Positions 36,548 through 47,831 are shown, counted from the first letter of the stretch. The stretch is DNA of 64,000 nt from Gammaproteobacteria bacterium (GCA_029882975.1 JAOUJW010000003.1:67090-131089); one strand, 5' to 3'. The notes: generated by a model not told the origin, from the sequence alone. Numbers and translations are program-made.

Positions 36548-37837
36548 ATGGTGGACGCGGTTGCAACCAACCAGACCATAGTGGTTGTCGGTGGTGGTAT
36601 TGCGGGTCTTACTGCAGCGCTCGAGGCCGCTGAGTGTGGTAAAGACGTTATTCTGATCGAAAAAAGCCCTGCGGTGGGCGGGCGTATTTCGCGCTTATAC
36701 AAGTATTTCCCGAAACTGTGTGTTCCCTCTTGCGGCCTGGAAATCAACCTGCGCCGACTCAAAGCCAATAAAAACATCCGGCTGATTACTCTTGCGGAAG
36801 TGAGTCAAGTCAGCGGCGAAGCCGGTAACTACAGCTTGTCCGTGAGTGTCAAACCTCGCTTTGTGACGGAAAATTGCACCGCTTGCGGAGATTGTGCCAC
36901 GGCATTGGAAACCAACGATTACAGCGACGAACACAATTACGGTATGAGTAAGCGCAAAGGCGCTTATTTACCGCACAATATGGCCTACCCGCAACGCTAC
37001 GTCATCGATCCGGCTATGATCGGCAGCGACGATGCCAATAAAGCCAAAGCGGCTTGTCAATACAATGCGATTGATTTGGATATGCAAGAGCAGACGTTGG
37101 AGCTAAAAGCGGGAGCCATTATTTGGGCCACCGGTTGGAAGCCTTACGATGCAGCTAAAATTCAGCCCTACGGCTACGATCGCTACGAGAACGTCATTAC
37201 CAGTGTGGAGTTCGAACGCATGATGGACCCTTACGGTCCCACCGGTGGCAAACTGGTTCGGCCTTCCGACGGTAAAGAAGCCAAGAACGTCGCTTTTATT
37301 CAGTGTGCCGGTTCCCGAGATGAAAATCATCTGCGCCACTGTTCCCGTATATGCTGTATGGCCAGCCTGAAGCAAACCACTTATGTGCGGGAGCAATACG
37401 GTGACGAAGGTAAGTCCAGTGTGTATTACATTGATATTCGTGCCATCGATCGCATTGATGATTTCTATCAAAACGTTCAGGCCGATGAAAACGTCACCTT
37501 TGTTAAGTCTAAAGTGGCCAGCATTACCCTGGACAAAGCCAGCGGTGACCCCGTGCTTAATGGTGTGAATACGGAAGGTTATCATCGTTACAGCAACGCG
37601 CATGATTTGGTTGTGCTGGCGGTGGGTATGGAGCCCAGCGTGCCCAAAGAGGCATTTCCTGTTGAGGTGAAACTTAACGAAAACGGGTTTATCGAACAGG
37701 ACGACAGCAACGGGGCTATTTTTGCCGCCGGTTGCGCGTCCGACGCCCTGGATGTGAATCGAGCGGTACAAAACGCCACTGCCAGTGCACTGCGTGCAAT
37801 TCAAGTGGTTAATCGCGTCGCCGGAATGGAGGGATAA
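36548..37837 (+). CDS. qmoA: QmoA (HdrA-like flavoprotein)
   Basis: GGAGG RBS; VVGGGIAG FAD motif; KYFPKLC.P.CG; QCAGSRD; CSRICC. Confidence 0.88.
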   Translation: MVDAVATNQTIVVVGGGIAGLTAALEAAECGKDVILIEKSPAVGGRISRLYKYFPKLCVPSCGLEINLRRLKANKNIRLITLAEVSQVSGEAGNYSLSVSVKPRFVTENCTACGDCATALETNDYSDEHNYGMSKRKGAYLPHNMAYPQRYVIDPAMIGSDDANKAKAACQYNAIDLDMQEQTLELKAGAIIWATGWKPYDAAKIQPYGYDRYENVITSVEFERMMDPYGPTGGKLVRPSDGKEAKNVAFIQCAGSRDENHLRHCSRICCMASLKQTTYVREQYGDEGKSSVYYIDIRAIDRIDDFYQNVQADENVTFVKSKVASITLDKASGDPVLNGVNTEGYHRYSNAHDLVVLAVGMEPSVPKEAFPVEVKLNENGFIEQDDSNGAIFAAGCASDALDVNRAVQNATASALRAIQVVNRVAGMEG

Positions 37838-37841
37838 GAAA

Positions 37842-40070
37842 GTGGCAGATGAAATAAAAATCGGCGCCTATATTTGTAAGGGTTGTGGTTTGGGCGAGCG
37901 TCTTGGGGAGGCGCAATTACCCATGATTGCCGAGCGCGAAGCCAAGGCCCATGTTGTTAAAGAACATGACTTCCTGTGTAACGCTGAAGGCGTTGCCATG
38001 ATACAGGCGGATATTGATAATGAGGGTGTGAACCGTGTGGCCATTTGCGCTTGTTCCCGCCGTGCCAAGACGGAAGCTTTTAATTTTGAAAACGTGGCCA
38101 TCACCCGCGCCAATTTGCGCGAGGGTGTGATCTGGGCACGACCGGATACGGATGAAGCCCGGGAAACCACCCATGAAATGGCTGCGGATTACGTGCGCAT
38201 GGCAGTGGCTGAGGCTCGTTTCCAAAAACCGCCGGCAGCCAATGCCGAAGCCGCCTACAATAATCAGATACTAGTCGTTGGTGGTGGTGTCAGTGGTATG
38301 ACATCTGCCATAGAAGCGGCTAAAGCCGGTTATTCCGTCACGATCGTGGAGAAAGGCGCGCAGCTGGGTGGTCATACAGCAGGATTTTATAAGCGTATTC
38401 CCGATAAAGCCCCGTACAAGGATCCCGTGCCCACCGGCGTGGAGGAAATGATTCTGGCAGTGGGCGCTGACAATAAGATCACTGTCCATTTGAATTCCAC
38501 GGTGACTAAAACCGACGGTTCTCCCGGACGTTTTTCTGTGGATATCAGTACAGAAAGCGGTTCCACTTCCACTGAAACCTTCGGTTCTATTATTCAGGCA
38601 TCCGGCTTTACGCCTTACGATGCCAACAAGCTGCCGGAATTGGCTTATGACAAGTCCAAGGATGTCGTCACTCAATCGGAGTTGGAAGCTTTGGCCAAAG
38701 CAGCCAATGGCGGCCCCATTAAGCGGCCTTCCGATGGTAAGGAAGTCAGCAGTGTTATCTTTGTACAATGCGCCGGCCAGCGTAGCAATGAGGAAGGTCA
38801 TTTACCCTATTGTTCCGGACATTGCTGCCTCACTTCCATCAAGCAAGCTATGTATTTCAAAGATGCCAATCCGAGCATTGATGCTAATGTGATCTACACG
38901 GATTTACGCACTCCGGGTGCGGGCGGCGAGGACTTCTATCGCAGTGGCCAGGAAAAAGGTGTTACCTTTACCAAAGGTAAAGTGAGTTCGGTACTTATCG
39001 GTGACCAGCTTACCGTAAAGTTTCAGGATTTGATCCTGGCTCAGGAGTCAGCGGAACAAGCGGACCTGGTGGTCTTGGCAACCGGTATGGTGGCCAACTC
39101 AGGTGTGGATATCGATGCACTGCCTAAACCCGACAAAGAGGATGGGACGGTTGAAGTGAGCATTCCTGTCGAGTCCATCCTTAACCTAACCTACCGTCAG
39201 GGGCCGGATTTACCGCATTTAAAGCACGGTTTCAATGATTCTCATTTCATCTGTTTTCCCTATGAGACTCGCCGTACGGGTATCTATACTACCGGCCCGG
39301 TACGTCGTCCGATGGATATTTTACAGGCCAAAGAAGATGCGACCGGTGCGGCGTTAAAAGCGATACAGGCTATAGAAAACTCCGGTAAAGGTCGTGCAGC
39401 TCATCCTCGCTCGGGCGATTTGTCTTTCCCGTCATTTCGTCGGGAAGGTTGCACTCAGTGTAAACGTTGTACGGTAGAGTGCCCCTTCGGTGCTATCGAC
39501 GAAGACGAGCAACGCTATCCGGTGTTTAATGAGTCACGTTGTCGCCGTTGCGGAACCTGTATGGGTGCTTGTCCGGTGCGGGTTATCTCATTTGAAAATT
39601 ATTCCGTGGAAACGGTTGGGCAACAGCTCAAGAGTGTGGATATTCCCGAAGAATTTGATGAAAAACCACGCATTCTGGTCTTGGCTTGTGAGAATGACGC
39701 TTACCCCGCCCTGGATATGGCCGGCATGAACCGTCACGAATACAGTGCGTTTGCACGAATCATTCCGGTACGCTGTTTGGGTTCCACCAATCTGGTTTGG
39801 ATCACAGACGCCATGAACAGCGGTTATGACGGTGTGATCTTGATGGGTTGCCAAAAAGGTGAGAACTATCAGTGTCACTTCGTTAAAGGATCGGAAATGG
39901 CGCATTACCGCATGAGTAAGGTAGATGATACGCTGAAGAGCTTATCTTTGGAGGGGGAGCGAGTGGCCACTTACGAAGTAGCGATTACCGATAGTGAGCG
40001 GGTGGCCCAGTTGATCAACGATATGGCAGCGACCATTGAAAAAATCGGCATGAGCCCGTTTAAGTTCTAG
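37842..40070 (+). CDS. qmoB: QmoB (HdrA-like + ferredoxin + MvhD domain)
   Basis: GTG start; YIC.GC; CACS.R; FAD motif; SHFICFPYETRRTGIY; two 4Fe-4S motifs; C-terminal CENDAYPA and CHF..GS. Confidence 0.9.
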   Translation: MADEIKIGAYICKGCGLGERLGEAQLPMIAEREAKAHVVKEHDFLCNAEGVAMIQADIDNEGVNRVAICACSRRAKTEAFNFENVAITRANLREGVIWARPDTDEARETTHEMAADYVRMAVAEARFQKPPAANAEAAYNNQILVVGGGVSGMTSAIEAAKAGYSVTIVEKGAQLGGHTAGFYKRIPDKAPYKDPVPTGVEEMILAVGADNKITVHLNSTVTKTDGSPGRFSVDISTESGSTSTETFGSIIQASGFTPYDANKLPELAYDKSKDVVTQSELEALAKAANGGPIKRPSDGKEVSSVIFVQCAGQRSNEEGHLPYCSGHCCLTSIKQAMYFKDANPSIDANVIYTDLRTPGAGGEDFYRSGQEKGVTFTKGKVSSVLIGDQLTVKFQDLILAQESAEQADLVVLATGMVANSGVDIDALPKPDKEDGTVEVSIPVESILNLTYRQGPDLPHLKHGFNDSHFICFPYETRRTGIYTTGPVRRPMDILQAKEDATGAALKAIQAIENSGKGRAAHPRSGDLSFPSFRREGCTQCKRCTVECPFGAIDEDEQRYPVFNESRCRRCGTCMGACPVRVISFENYSVETVGQQLKSVDIPEEFDEKPRILVLACENDAYPALDMAGMNRHEYSAFARIIPVRCLGSTNLVWITDAMNSGYDGVILMGCQKGENYQCHFVKGSEMAHYRMSKVDDTLKSLSLEGERVATYEVAITDSERVAQLINDMAATIEKIGMSPFKF

Positions 40071-40088
40071 GCGGAGGGGACAAGAACA

Positions 40089-40709
40089 ATGACTGCATCG
40101 AATACTGACGTCATCGAAGCGTACAGAAACAATTTTCTTAAAGAAGTGGAAGCCAATGTAGAGGAAGGCCAGTGGGTGAAAATGTGCATGCAATGTGGCG
40201 TGTGCTCCGGCTCCTGTCCTCTTGGCTCCCATTGGGCGCATCCGCCGCAGGAAATCTTTATGATGATCCGAGCCGGTAAGCGCGAAGAGGTATTAACTTC
40301 CGACTCCATGTGGATGTGTACCTCGTGTTACAACTGCATCGTGCGTTGTCCGCGGGGCCTGCCGATTACTCATATCATGCACGGCCTGGCGCACTATGCT
40401 CATCGTTTGGGTTTGGCGCCGAAGGAACAACCCACGCGTAAATTCGCCAAATTGTTCTGGGACAATCTCACCAAGACCGGACGGGTTAATGAGTTGCAAT
40501 TGGGTTTGAGGCTGTATTTCATGAACGGCCCAATGGAAGGGATCAAGACGGCGTTGAAAATGAAAAACATCGGCTTGAATATGTGGAAAACCAAACGCAT
40601 GAATCCCATGGAGTTTTTCGGTGGCCATAAATGCAAAGACGCCGACAAACTACAGGCAATTTTGAAAAAAGCCCGTGAAATTGAACTGGCTAAAGCCAAA
40701 CAAGTTTGA
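40089..40709 (+). CDS. hdrC: HdrC-like 4Fe-4S dicluster subunit
   Basis: CMQCGVCSGSCP and CTSCYNCIVRCP; no QmoC-type TM domain. Confidence 0.88.
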   Translation: MTASNTDVIEAYRNNFLKEVEANVEEGQWVKMCMQCGVCSGSCPLGSHWAHPPQEIFMMIRAGKREEVLTSDSMWMCTSCYNCIVRCPRGLPITHIMHGLAHYAHRLGLAPKEQPTRKFAKLFWDNLTKTGRVNELQLGLRLYFMNGPMEGIKTALKMKNIGLNMWKTKRMNPMEFFGGHKCKDADKLQAILKKAREIELAKAKQV

Positions 40710-40723
40710 GGAGAGATAGACTA

Positions 40724-41620
40724 ATGGCTAAAAAGGAATACTCGTTTTATCCCGGTTGCTCTTCTCAGAAGGGTGCTTCATCGTCCAATTACGATACATC
40801 CATAAAGACGATGTGTGATGTCCTGGATATTCAGTTAAACGAAATTCAGGATTGGAACTGTTGTTCTGCTTCCATCGGTTACGGTGAGGGTGGGGAATTA
40901 CCCCGCCTGGCTTTGAGCGCACGTAATTTGGCTCTGTCCGAGCAACAAAATGCCGGGCAAGACATCGTCGCGACCTGCGCCGCCTGCTGGCTGGCCACGC
41001 GTGAAACCCGCGAACGCCTGTTGGAAGATGAACATTTGATGAAAGAAACCAACGAAGCCCTGGCTGCCGGCGGTTTGAATGTGGCCGCTTCTCAGAACGT
41101 TCGTCACATGGTAGAGGTTCTAATTGAAGACTTCGGCTATGAACAACTGGGTTCCAAAGTGACCAACCCTCTGGAAGGCTTGAAAATAGCCGGTTATGTT
41201 GGGTGCCAGACTAATCGTCCTTTTGGGATTGATGGCGAGTCTTACGAAAACCCCATGTATCTGGACAAGCTGGTTGAAACTATGGGGGCCGAGCCTTTAA
41301 GCAAGTATGAAAAAAAGGTTCAGTGTTGCGGCGGTGCTTTGGCATTTTCCGAACCGGAAAAAAGCCAGGCCATGATTAAGGATATTATCGAATCTGCCTA
41401 CGATCATGGGGCCGACATGATCGTAACGCCCTGTCCCGTTTGTCAAATGAATACGGAAGTTTATCAAGACCAAATCAACAAAACGTATGGCACGAAGTTT
41501 AAAATGCCTGTCGTGTATTACAGCACCCTAATGAGTGTTGCCTATGGTAAGAGTCACAAGGAAGCCGCTTTGGATGGTCAAATCATCAAAGCCACGAAAT
41601 TGGAACAAAAAGTTAAATAG
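40724..41620 (+). CDS. hdrB: HdrB-like CCG-domain subunit
   Basis: YPGC, WNCC, CAAC, YVGC, CCGG and CPVC. Confidence 0.9.
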   Translation: MAKKEYSFYPGCSSQKGASSSNYDTSIKTMCDVLDIQLNEIQDWNCCSASIGYGEGGELPRLALSARNLALSEQQNAGQDIVATCAACWLATRETRERLLEDEHLMKETNEALAAGGLNVAASQNVRHMVEVLIEDFGYEQLGSKVTNPLEGLKIAGYVGCQTNRPFGIDGESYENPMYLDKLVETMGAEPLSKYEKKVQCCGGALAFSEPEKSQAMIKDIIESAYDHGADMIVTPCPVCQMNTEVYQDQINKTYGTKFKMPVVYYSTLMSVAYGKSHKEAALDGQIIKATKLEQKVK

Positions 41621-41645
41621 CGGGACTTTACCGGAAAAAAACAAG

Positions 41646-41672
41646 AGCGCTCCTTCGGAGCGCTTTTTTTTT
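41646..41672 (+). terminator. Rho-independent terminator of the qmoAB-hdrCB operon
   Basis: AGCGCTCC-ttc-GGAGCGCT followed by a T run. Confidence 0.88.
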
Positions 41673-41756
41673 GCTTCTAATTTCAATATCAATATATTGA
41701 TATACTATTTTCAAAAAAAGCCCGGTATTTTACTGACTGAAAATGTAAAGTATTTG

Positions 41757-41783
41757 TTAAGTTGATTGTTTTGCGGACGATAT
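41757..41783 (+). promoter_or_regulatory. Candidate sigma28 promoter
   Basis: TTAA-N15-GACGATAT upstream of the GGDEF gene. Confidence 0.5.
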
Positions 41784-41816
41784 GCGATGGAGAAGCGGTG
41801 AAAATGGTAACTGAGA

Positions 41817-42977
41817 ATGAAAAAAATGCCGTATTTAACCCAAGCAGATACTCGTATTTTTAAGACAGAACCCCGGTTTCAGGCACTTTTTGTGGTGACT
41901 TCCTTGATTGGGGTGTTTTTGATTTCTATAGCCGTTTTTCGGGCGTCGCAGGAATTGGAGATTCTACACGGGGTTGAAACGACCAGTCGTTTATTCAGTG
42001 AAGTGTTAGGGCAAGAGAAAATTGCCCGTACCATCCAGGGGGAAGCGGTGCCGCTTTTCCCGGCTTCCGATCGCTATCAGGTGTATCGTGTCATCGGGAA
42101 TCGGATATTGCCTCTGGGCAGAGCTCGGAGTCTACCTGAATATTTACCCAATACTTTGACTGGATTGGAATACAGTCGCTTTAGCCCCGACGGTGGGTAT
42201 TTTGAGTGGGAAGGCCAGGTCTATAGTTGGGCCTTGGTGAGAGGCGCTACCAACGGAAATTATTTGTTGGTTTTACATCCGTTTGTCAGTGCCGGTTATG
42301 CCGCGACGCTGTATGCCTATAAACAGCGATTAGTGGTGCCGTTCTTGTTCTACCTTTGGTTGATGGCTTGGGTGACAGTTATATTTCGGCGCATTTGCCG
42401 GGAATTGCGTGGCGTACAGGACGAGATGCAACAAATGGCCTTATATGATGCCTTAACCGGGTTGCCAAACCGCCGTTTGATGACTGATCGCATGGAGAAA
42501 ATGATTCAGCAATGTGAGCGTGAGGGGAGTACCTTTGCCTGCGCCTTGATCGATTTAAATGGATTCAAAGCGGTAAATGACCGTTTGGGACATGCCAGTG
42601 GTGATGAGGTGTTGCGTCAGGTGAGCCAACGATTACGATCTTTGGTGCGAGAGATGGATACGGTGGCGCGACTGGGTGGCGATGAGTTTATCGTGTTATT
42701 GCAGGGTATTGATGAAGCATCACTGCATACTGCGTTTGCTCGTGTACAGACGGTTTTGGACAAGCCTTATCAGTTGGATCTGTCTACTCAAACCTTGGGC
42801 GCCAGCATAGGTGTTTGCATATATTCCCGGCAACATAGTACCGTGCAGAGTCTCATCCATCATGCGGATCTGGCAATGTATGAGGCCAAGCAAAATGGTG
42901 GCGGAACCTATTTTTCGAAATCCAGTCAAATGGATGTAGTCACATCCGGTACCCGGAAATGTAATGCGGTGATATGA
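41817..42977 (+). CDS. Membrane diguanylate cyclase
   Basis: Two TM segments; DALTGLPNRR; intact RLGGDEF; REMD I-site. Confidence 0.92.
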   Translation: MKKMPYLTQADTRIFKTEPRFQALFVVTSLIGVFLISIAVFRASQELEILHGVETTSRLFSEVLGQEKIARTIQGEAVPLFPASDRYQVYRVIGNRILPLGRARSLPEYLPNTLTGLEYSRFSPDGGYFEWEGQVYSWALVRGATNGNYLLVLHPFVSAGYAATLYAYKQRLVVPFLFYLWLMAWVTVIFRRICRELRGVQDEMQQMALYDALTGLPNRRLMTDRMEKMIQQCEREGSTFACALIDLNGFKAVNDRLGHASGDEVLRQVSQRLRSLVREMDTVARLGGDEFIVLLQGIDEASLHTAFARVQTVLDKPYQLDLSTQTLGASIGVCIYSRQHSTVQSLIHHADLAMYEAKQNGGGTYFSKSSQMDVVTSGTRKCNAVI

Positions 42978-43016
42978 GCGCGCTGACGGTTTCCCACCAG
43001 CAAAGAGAGCAGTGAG

Positions 43017-43241
43017 ATGATTAAATTTCGTCGTAACATGAACAGTTTGGATCGACTATTTAGAGCTACCGTTGGGGCTACACTGTTAGCCATAGGCCCG
43101 GTATTTCAACTGCTGACCAACGATATGCTGTCCCTGGCTATTCTTGGTGTCATAGGTAGTGTAGCAGTGCTGTCAGCCGTGTTTTCCTACTGCTTTCTTT
43201 ACGAAGTCACTGGATTCAGCACTCGCAGTGAAAACTTATAG
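43017..43241 (+). CDS. DUF2892 (YgaP-like) small membrane protein
   Basis: NM..LDR..R motif, two TM segments and C.LY...G.ST. Confidence 0.8.
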   Translation: MIKFRRNMNSLDRLFRATVGATLLAIGPVFQLLTNDMLSLAILGVIGSVAVLSAVFSYCFLYEVTGFSTRSENL

Positions 43242-43259
43242 GTGCTTCTGAGCTTTGTT

Positions 43260-43553
43260 TTAAGGATCAACTTCTTCACCGTAGATAACAAAGTCAACCA
43301 AGCCCGGCTCAGTGGGAAGCCAGCCCTGTTTCAGGGCAAATATTATAGTTTTCGTCAGTAAACTGTCGGAGATTTCGATCTCGGGCGGTTCGCTGTTGGA
43401 AGTCTGGTAATTATAACCGATTCTTAGTACCTGCCCTTCGCTGGATTTGTGTTGTATGTAAATGTCCAGGACCCAGTCAGTCCGATTCACTCGCCAAGTA
43501 TAAACAATACCGTTCTGAGTTAACTCGTTGATTTGTAATTCGGAAGCCGTCAT
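43260..43553 (-). CDS. Hypothetical protein
   Basis: 97 aa ORF filling the gap; Y.W.V and I.FAL..GW.P pattern. Confidence 0.5.
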   Translation of the reverse strand: MTASELQINELTQNGIVYTWRVNRTDWVLDIYIQHKSSEGQVLRIGYNYQTSNSEPPEIEISDSLLTKTIIFALKQGWLPTEPGLVDFVIYGEEVDP

Positions 43554-43632
43554 GGGACTAGGTTATTGGGCTTTTGAGTCAGGGTCAAGCGGCGGGAAAA
43601 TCACATGTGCAGGTAATTTAACATTTGTCACA

Positions 43633-43659
43633 TTAAGTGCTTTATTCTGTTACCGATAG
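43633..43659 (+). promoter_or_regulatory. Candidate sigma28 promoter
   Basis: TTAA-N15-ACCGATAG upstream of the chemoreceptor gene. Confidence 0.5.
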
Positions 43660-43715
43660 TGAATTGCGGTAGGGTTTGCATTCAAACCTTAGTGGAGATG
43701 GGCCAAGGATACCTA

Positions 43716-45638
43716 ATGTTGATAAAAACCAAACTATGGACCAGTCTGGGCTTGTTGGTATTTTTTGTATTGGCCAGCGGTGGCGCTGGAATTATTGGGG
43801 TTTCCAAGGTGGTTTCTGTTATGGAATACGTGACCGGACCGGCTTGGAAAACCGCGGATGGAGCTATGGAAGGGAGTATTCATACCGGTTTGGAAATAGT
43901 CGCTGTAAATAACGCACTTTTGCAAATGCGCAATTTGAATGTAAATGATGTAGACGCGGTTTTAAACCTTGATGTGCATAAAAACAGCGCGGATAAAGCG
44001 TTTGATCGCTTGATGTCCGCAGGATTGATGAACTCCAACCAAATACTTCGCCTTAAGCAACATATGGATATTTTCAACCAATCACAACGCGAAGTGATTC
44101 AGTTGTTGCGAGAGTTTGTGACAGCTGATCGGAAATTGTACGTGGATTTTACCGCATTTAACGGATTTTTGACTCAATTGGAAGAATTGGGAGATTCCTA
44201 CGTTGAAGTTTTGGAAAATAATCCGAATCAACGTCTCAGTTGGAACTCCGGTTTGTCCCAGCGGTGGATTGCTGCGGATTCCGCCATGGAATCACAGATT
44301 AATTTTTTAGCTATCTATTTTGCCTATGAAACTTTGTTGCGGACTTCAGGAACGGAGTTGAGCTCCAGTGAGGTCGATAAACGTATCACCCAGTATCGCA
44401 AAACCGCAAAGTTGGTAAGTGTGGCCAAACTGTTTGTTCAGGAAAAGCACCGTTCCGGAAAGACCCTGGCGCAGGAGTTTTCACAGCGCTCGGATGCGGT
44501 AGTGGGGGGCTTTCAAACTGCGGTTTCCACGTACATACGTTTGCAGCGCAGGTACGCAGGCTATTTACACACGACCCGGGAGCTCATCGACTTCTTAGCT
44601 AAAGTGGAGTCCGATGCCGATGCTAAGGTGGAAAATGTTGTTGCTGAAACAGGATACGTGACCCGTGCGGCTTTCTCCCTCATTGTTGTTGTGGTTCTGG
44701 TCAGTGTGGCGGTGGCTCTACTGATTGCCACCGTTGTCGTTCGCATTGTCAATTCGCTGGAACATATGAAACAAACCGCCTTACGCATTGCGAGCGGGAG
44801 CCTGCAGGAGTCGGGACACGGTGATCACAGCGCCGATGAAACCGGACAAAGTCTTGCAGCCATGATGCAGTTGAACGATCGCATGGCCGATGTTATTGGC
44901 AATATTCTGGACTCTATCAGTGAGGTGAATCAGGCGGCGATTCATGTGAACACGTCTTCCAAACAATTGAATCACTCGGCCTTAAAGCAGGCGCATTCCC
45001 TGGAGGAAATAAGTACCTCCTTAAAGTTGATTTCTGAGTCTGTGGGAATCAATTCTGACAATGCAACAAGAACCCAAAGCATTGCTGCGGCAGTTTCAGA
45101 GAAAACACAAAAAGGCGGGAGGGCAGTGCAGGATACCGTGGATGCAATGCAAAGCATTGCGGAAAGGGTGTCGTTGATCGAAGATATTGCCTACAAAACC
45201 AATTTGCTCGCACTCAATGCCGCCATTGAATCCGCCAGAGCGGGTGATCATGGTCGAGGTTTTTCTGTAGTCGCAGAAGAGGTGCGCAAACTGGCCGAAC
45301 GCAGTCAACAGTCGGCTCATGAAATTGGTGAATTGGCGCAAAATAGTGTTGCAGTCGCCGAGGTGGCCGGTGGTTTGATTCGGGAGGTAGTCCCAGGGAT
45401 TGTGGAAACAGCGGAATTGGTGAGTCAAATTTCGAGCGCTTCGCAGGAGCAGGCCCGGGATGTGACCGCTGTCAGTCATTCTATCCACCAGTTAGACAGA
45501 GCGGCAAAAATGGGGGCTGTCTCTTCCGAGGAATTAGAGGTTACTGCGAGGCAAATGTTAGCTCAGGTTCAACGGGTTCGTCAGGCATTGGCTTTCTTTT
45601 CTGTAGGGAAGGTTGGAAAGAATGCCGGTAGTGTCTAA
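43716..45638 (+). CDS. Methyl-accepting chemotaxis protein with a duplicated periplasmic helical sensor
   Basis: Two TM segments; [33 protein letters not shown] before ATG 43716. Confidence 0.93.
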   Translation: MLIKTKLWTSLGLLVFFVLASGGAGIIGVSKVVSVMEYVTGPAWKTADGAMEGSIHTGLEIVAVNNALLQMRNLNVNDVDAVLNLDVHKNSADKAFDRLMSAGLMNSNQILRLKQHMDIFNQSQREVIQLLREFVTADRKLYVDFTAFNGFLTQLEELGDSYVEVLENNPNQRLSWNSGLSQRWIAADSAMESQINFLAIYFAYETLLRTSGTELSSSEVDKRITQYRKTAKLVSVAKLFVQEKHRSGKTLAQEFSQRSDAVVGGFQTAVSTYIRLQRRYAGYLHTTRELIDFLAKVESDADAKVENVVAETGYVTRAAFSLIVVVVLVSVAVALLIATVVVRIVNSLEHMKQTALRIASGSLQESGHGDHSADETGQSLAAMMQLNDRMADVIGNILDSISEVNQAAIHVNTSSKQLNHSALKQAHSLEEISTSLKLISESVGINSDNATRTQSIAAAVSEKTQKGGRAVQDTVDAMQSIAERVSLIEDIAYKTNLLALNAAIESARAGDHGRGFSVVAEEVRKLAERSQQSAHEIGELAQNSVAVAEVAGGLIREVVPGIVETAELVSQISSASQEQARDVTAVSHSIHQLDRAAKMGAVSSEELEVTARQMLAQVQRVRQALAFFSVGKVGKNAGSV

Positions 45639-45668
45639 TGTGGTCGTTGTATATGCGAGGTTGCCGGA

Positions 45669-47777
45669 CTAAGACGCACTGCGATATCTGTTGTTGTGTG
45701 GGTTTAAAAACTTTTTCTCGAAAACGATCTCGGGTAAGGGCCTGCTGATATAAAACCCCTGCGCCTCATTGCAATTATGCTGCACCAAAAAATTCATCTG
45801 TTCCTGGGTTTCAACGCCTTCTGCGATTACATTCATATTCAGGGTGTGGCATAAAGCAATAATCAGTTTGGCTATTTCACCGTTTTCACCATTGGGTTGT
45901 ATATCCCAGATGAAGGAGCGGTCAATTTTTAGCGTTTGTAAGGGCATGTGTTTTAGGGAACTGAGAGACGAATACCCGGTGCCAAAATCGTCCATAGAGG
46001 TTTGTACCCCCATTTCCCGAAATGCGGACAGAATATTGATCGTTCGTCCTATATCGCTCATGACGCAGGATTCGGTGAGTTCCAGGTCCAGGCAGCCCGG
46101 GGGGATGCCCGTATCGGCAAGTACCTTTTCCACATCCTTAATCAATGCGGCATCTTCAAATTGCTGTGCAGAAAGGTTTACACCTACTTTCAATTTACCG
46201 TAACCGGCGGCGATCCATTGGCTTACCTGGTTTGCGGCAGTTCTCAAGGCCCAGCGACCAATTGGTACGATCAGCCCGGTTTCCTCAGCAAGAGGTATAA
46301 ACTGGTCCGGAGGGATCAGTCCTTTTTCAGGGTGCTGCCAACGGATTAAGGCCTCCATTCCTTGAAGGCTGCGGTTGCTAACAGATACCTGAGGTTGGTA
46401 ATACAAGGTGAAGTTTTCTCGGCCAATGGCTTTGCGCAGTTCTGTTAGTGTGGCCAGTCTTTCAGAAGCGATGTTAATAGAGCTTTTTTGGTATCTGGTT
46501 TGTCGATTACCACCTTTCGCTTTTGCAACAAACATGGCGGATTCAGCGTATTGAATCAGCATGTCGCCATTGCCGTGCTGTTTGGGGTAAAAGGCAGTGC
46601 CCAGACTGAACGTAAGATAGATTTCGTGTTGGTCAAGCGTGAAAGTTTTGTGCAGTTGTTGTGTGAGATTGTCTATAAAATATTGAATTTCATTTTCTGC
46701 TTTGGTTGACGGAGTGACTAGAATGAAAATATCCCCGCTGATGCGACCGATAAGTTTTGCGCCGCACTGGTTTAGTCGATCACTTAGTTGAAGCAGAAGC
46801 TTGTTGCCTTTGTCATAACCAAAAGAATCATTGATTTGTTTAAAACGGTCGATCCCTATACAGATGACACCGAGTTGTTCAGTTTTCTTGGCAATAATAA
46901 GTTCGTTGAGTTGATGTATGAGTAAACGGAGTTTAGGAAGTTTGGTCAGCTCGTCGAAACTGAGCTGTTGATGCAGTTGCAGGTCGTACTCTACTTTGTC
47001 ACTGATATTTTGGACCGTGCATGTGAGTTTCAGGTGTCGATTGTCCGCGTTCACCACCTCGCCATGCTCTTGCACATAAACCGTTTCATCCGATTCTCCC
47101 AGCATGCGGTGTTCCAGTTGAAAGGTTAAATCCGGATGCAGCGTTTGTGAAAACAGACTGGAAAAAAAGTCTCTGTCGCCGGGATGAATAAGCGCAAGGA
47201 ACTCCTCCGGGCTTATATCCAGGTCTTGTTCCTTGCGGTTTAGTAGCTCAAACAGTTCTTCGGTACAAAATACAGTGCGCTTCACCGGGTCAAATTCCCA
47301 ATAGGCTATACCGGCTATTTTTTGGATTTCTACCAACTGCTTGCGTTTTGTATGGAGTTCTCGTTCGTTTATGGATGCGCGTAGTGTGTATATAACTCTT
47401 TGTGACAATAACTGGGGGTTGACGGGCTTGGGTATGAAATCTGTGACACCTTTGTCGAGACAGCGTTCGATAATGGTATTGTCATTGCGCCAGGTCAGCA
47501 TGATTATCGGCGGGAGCGGTTCGTCTTTCGCCCTCAGTGTTTCTATAAACTCGAGCCCGCTGCCATCCGGCAATGCGTAGTCTAACAAAATCAAATCGGG
47601 TGGACAGACTTGGCAGGCATGGTAGGCTTCCTTTAAACAGCTCGCTCCATGCACTCTAATGCCGTATAAGCCCAGTAGGCTGGATACGAGAGCAGAAATG
47701 ACAGGGTCGTCGTCTACGACGAGTATATTGTTAACATCGTTGTTAAATTCGATTGGGCTGTCGGTCTCGACTTTCAT
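45669..47777 (-). CDS. REC-PAS-GGDEF(degenerate)-EAL c-di-GMP phosphodiesterase
   Basis: Receiver (VVDD, LLD, KP); PAS (IHPGDR); SGDIF; MEALIRW, DDFGTGYSS and AEGVE. Confidence 0.92.
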   Translation of the reverse strand: MKVETDSPIEFNNDVNNILVVDDDPVISALVSSLLGLYGIRVHGASCLKEAYHACQVCPPDLILLDYALPDGSGLEFIETLRAKDEPLPPIIMLTWRNDNTIIERCLDKGVTDFIPKPVNPQLLSQRVIYTLRASINERELHTKRKQLVEIQKIAGIAYWEFDPVKRTVFCTEELFELLNRKEQDLDISPEEFLALIHPGDRDFFSSLFSQTLHPDLTFQLEHRMLGESDETVYVQEHGEVVNADNRHLKLTCTVQNISDKVEYDLQLHQQLSFDELTKLPKLRLLIHQLNELIIAKKTEQLGVICIGIDRFKQINDSFGYDKGNKLLLQLSDRLNQCGAKLIGRISGDIFILVTPSTKAENEIQYFIDNLTQQLHKTFTLDQHEIYLTFSLGTAFYPKQHGNGDMLIQYAESAMFVAKAKGGNRQTRYQKSSINIASERLATLTELRKAIGRENFTLYYQPQVSVSNRSLQGMEALIRWQHPEKGLIPPDQFIPLAEETGLIVPIGRWALRTAANQVSQWIAAGYGKLKVGVNLSAQQFEDAALIKDVEKVLADTGIPPGCLDLELTESCVMSDIGRTINILSAFREMGVQTSMDDFGTGYSSLSSLKHMPLQTLKIDRSFIWDIQPNGENGEIAKLIIALCHTLNMNVIAEGVETQEQMNFLVQHNCNEAQGFYISRPLPEIVFEKKFLNPHNNRYRSAS

Positions 47778-47831
47778 CTGCTCGCGTTCAAGTTATGGGG
47801 CAATATTGGGCGAATTCCGGATGTCATTGTT

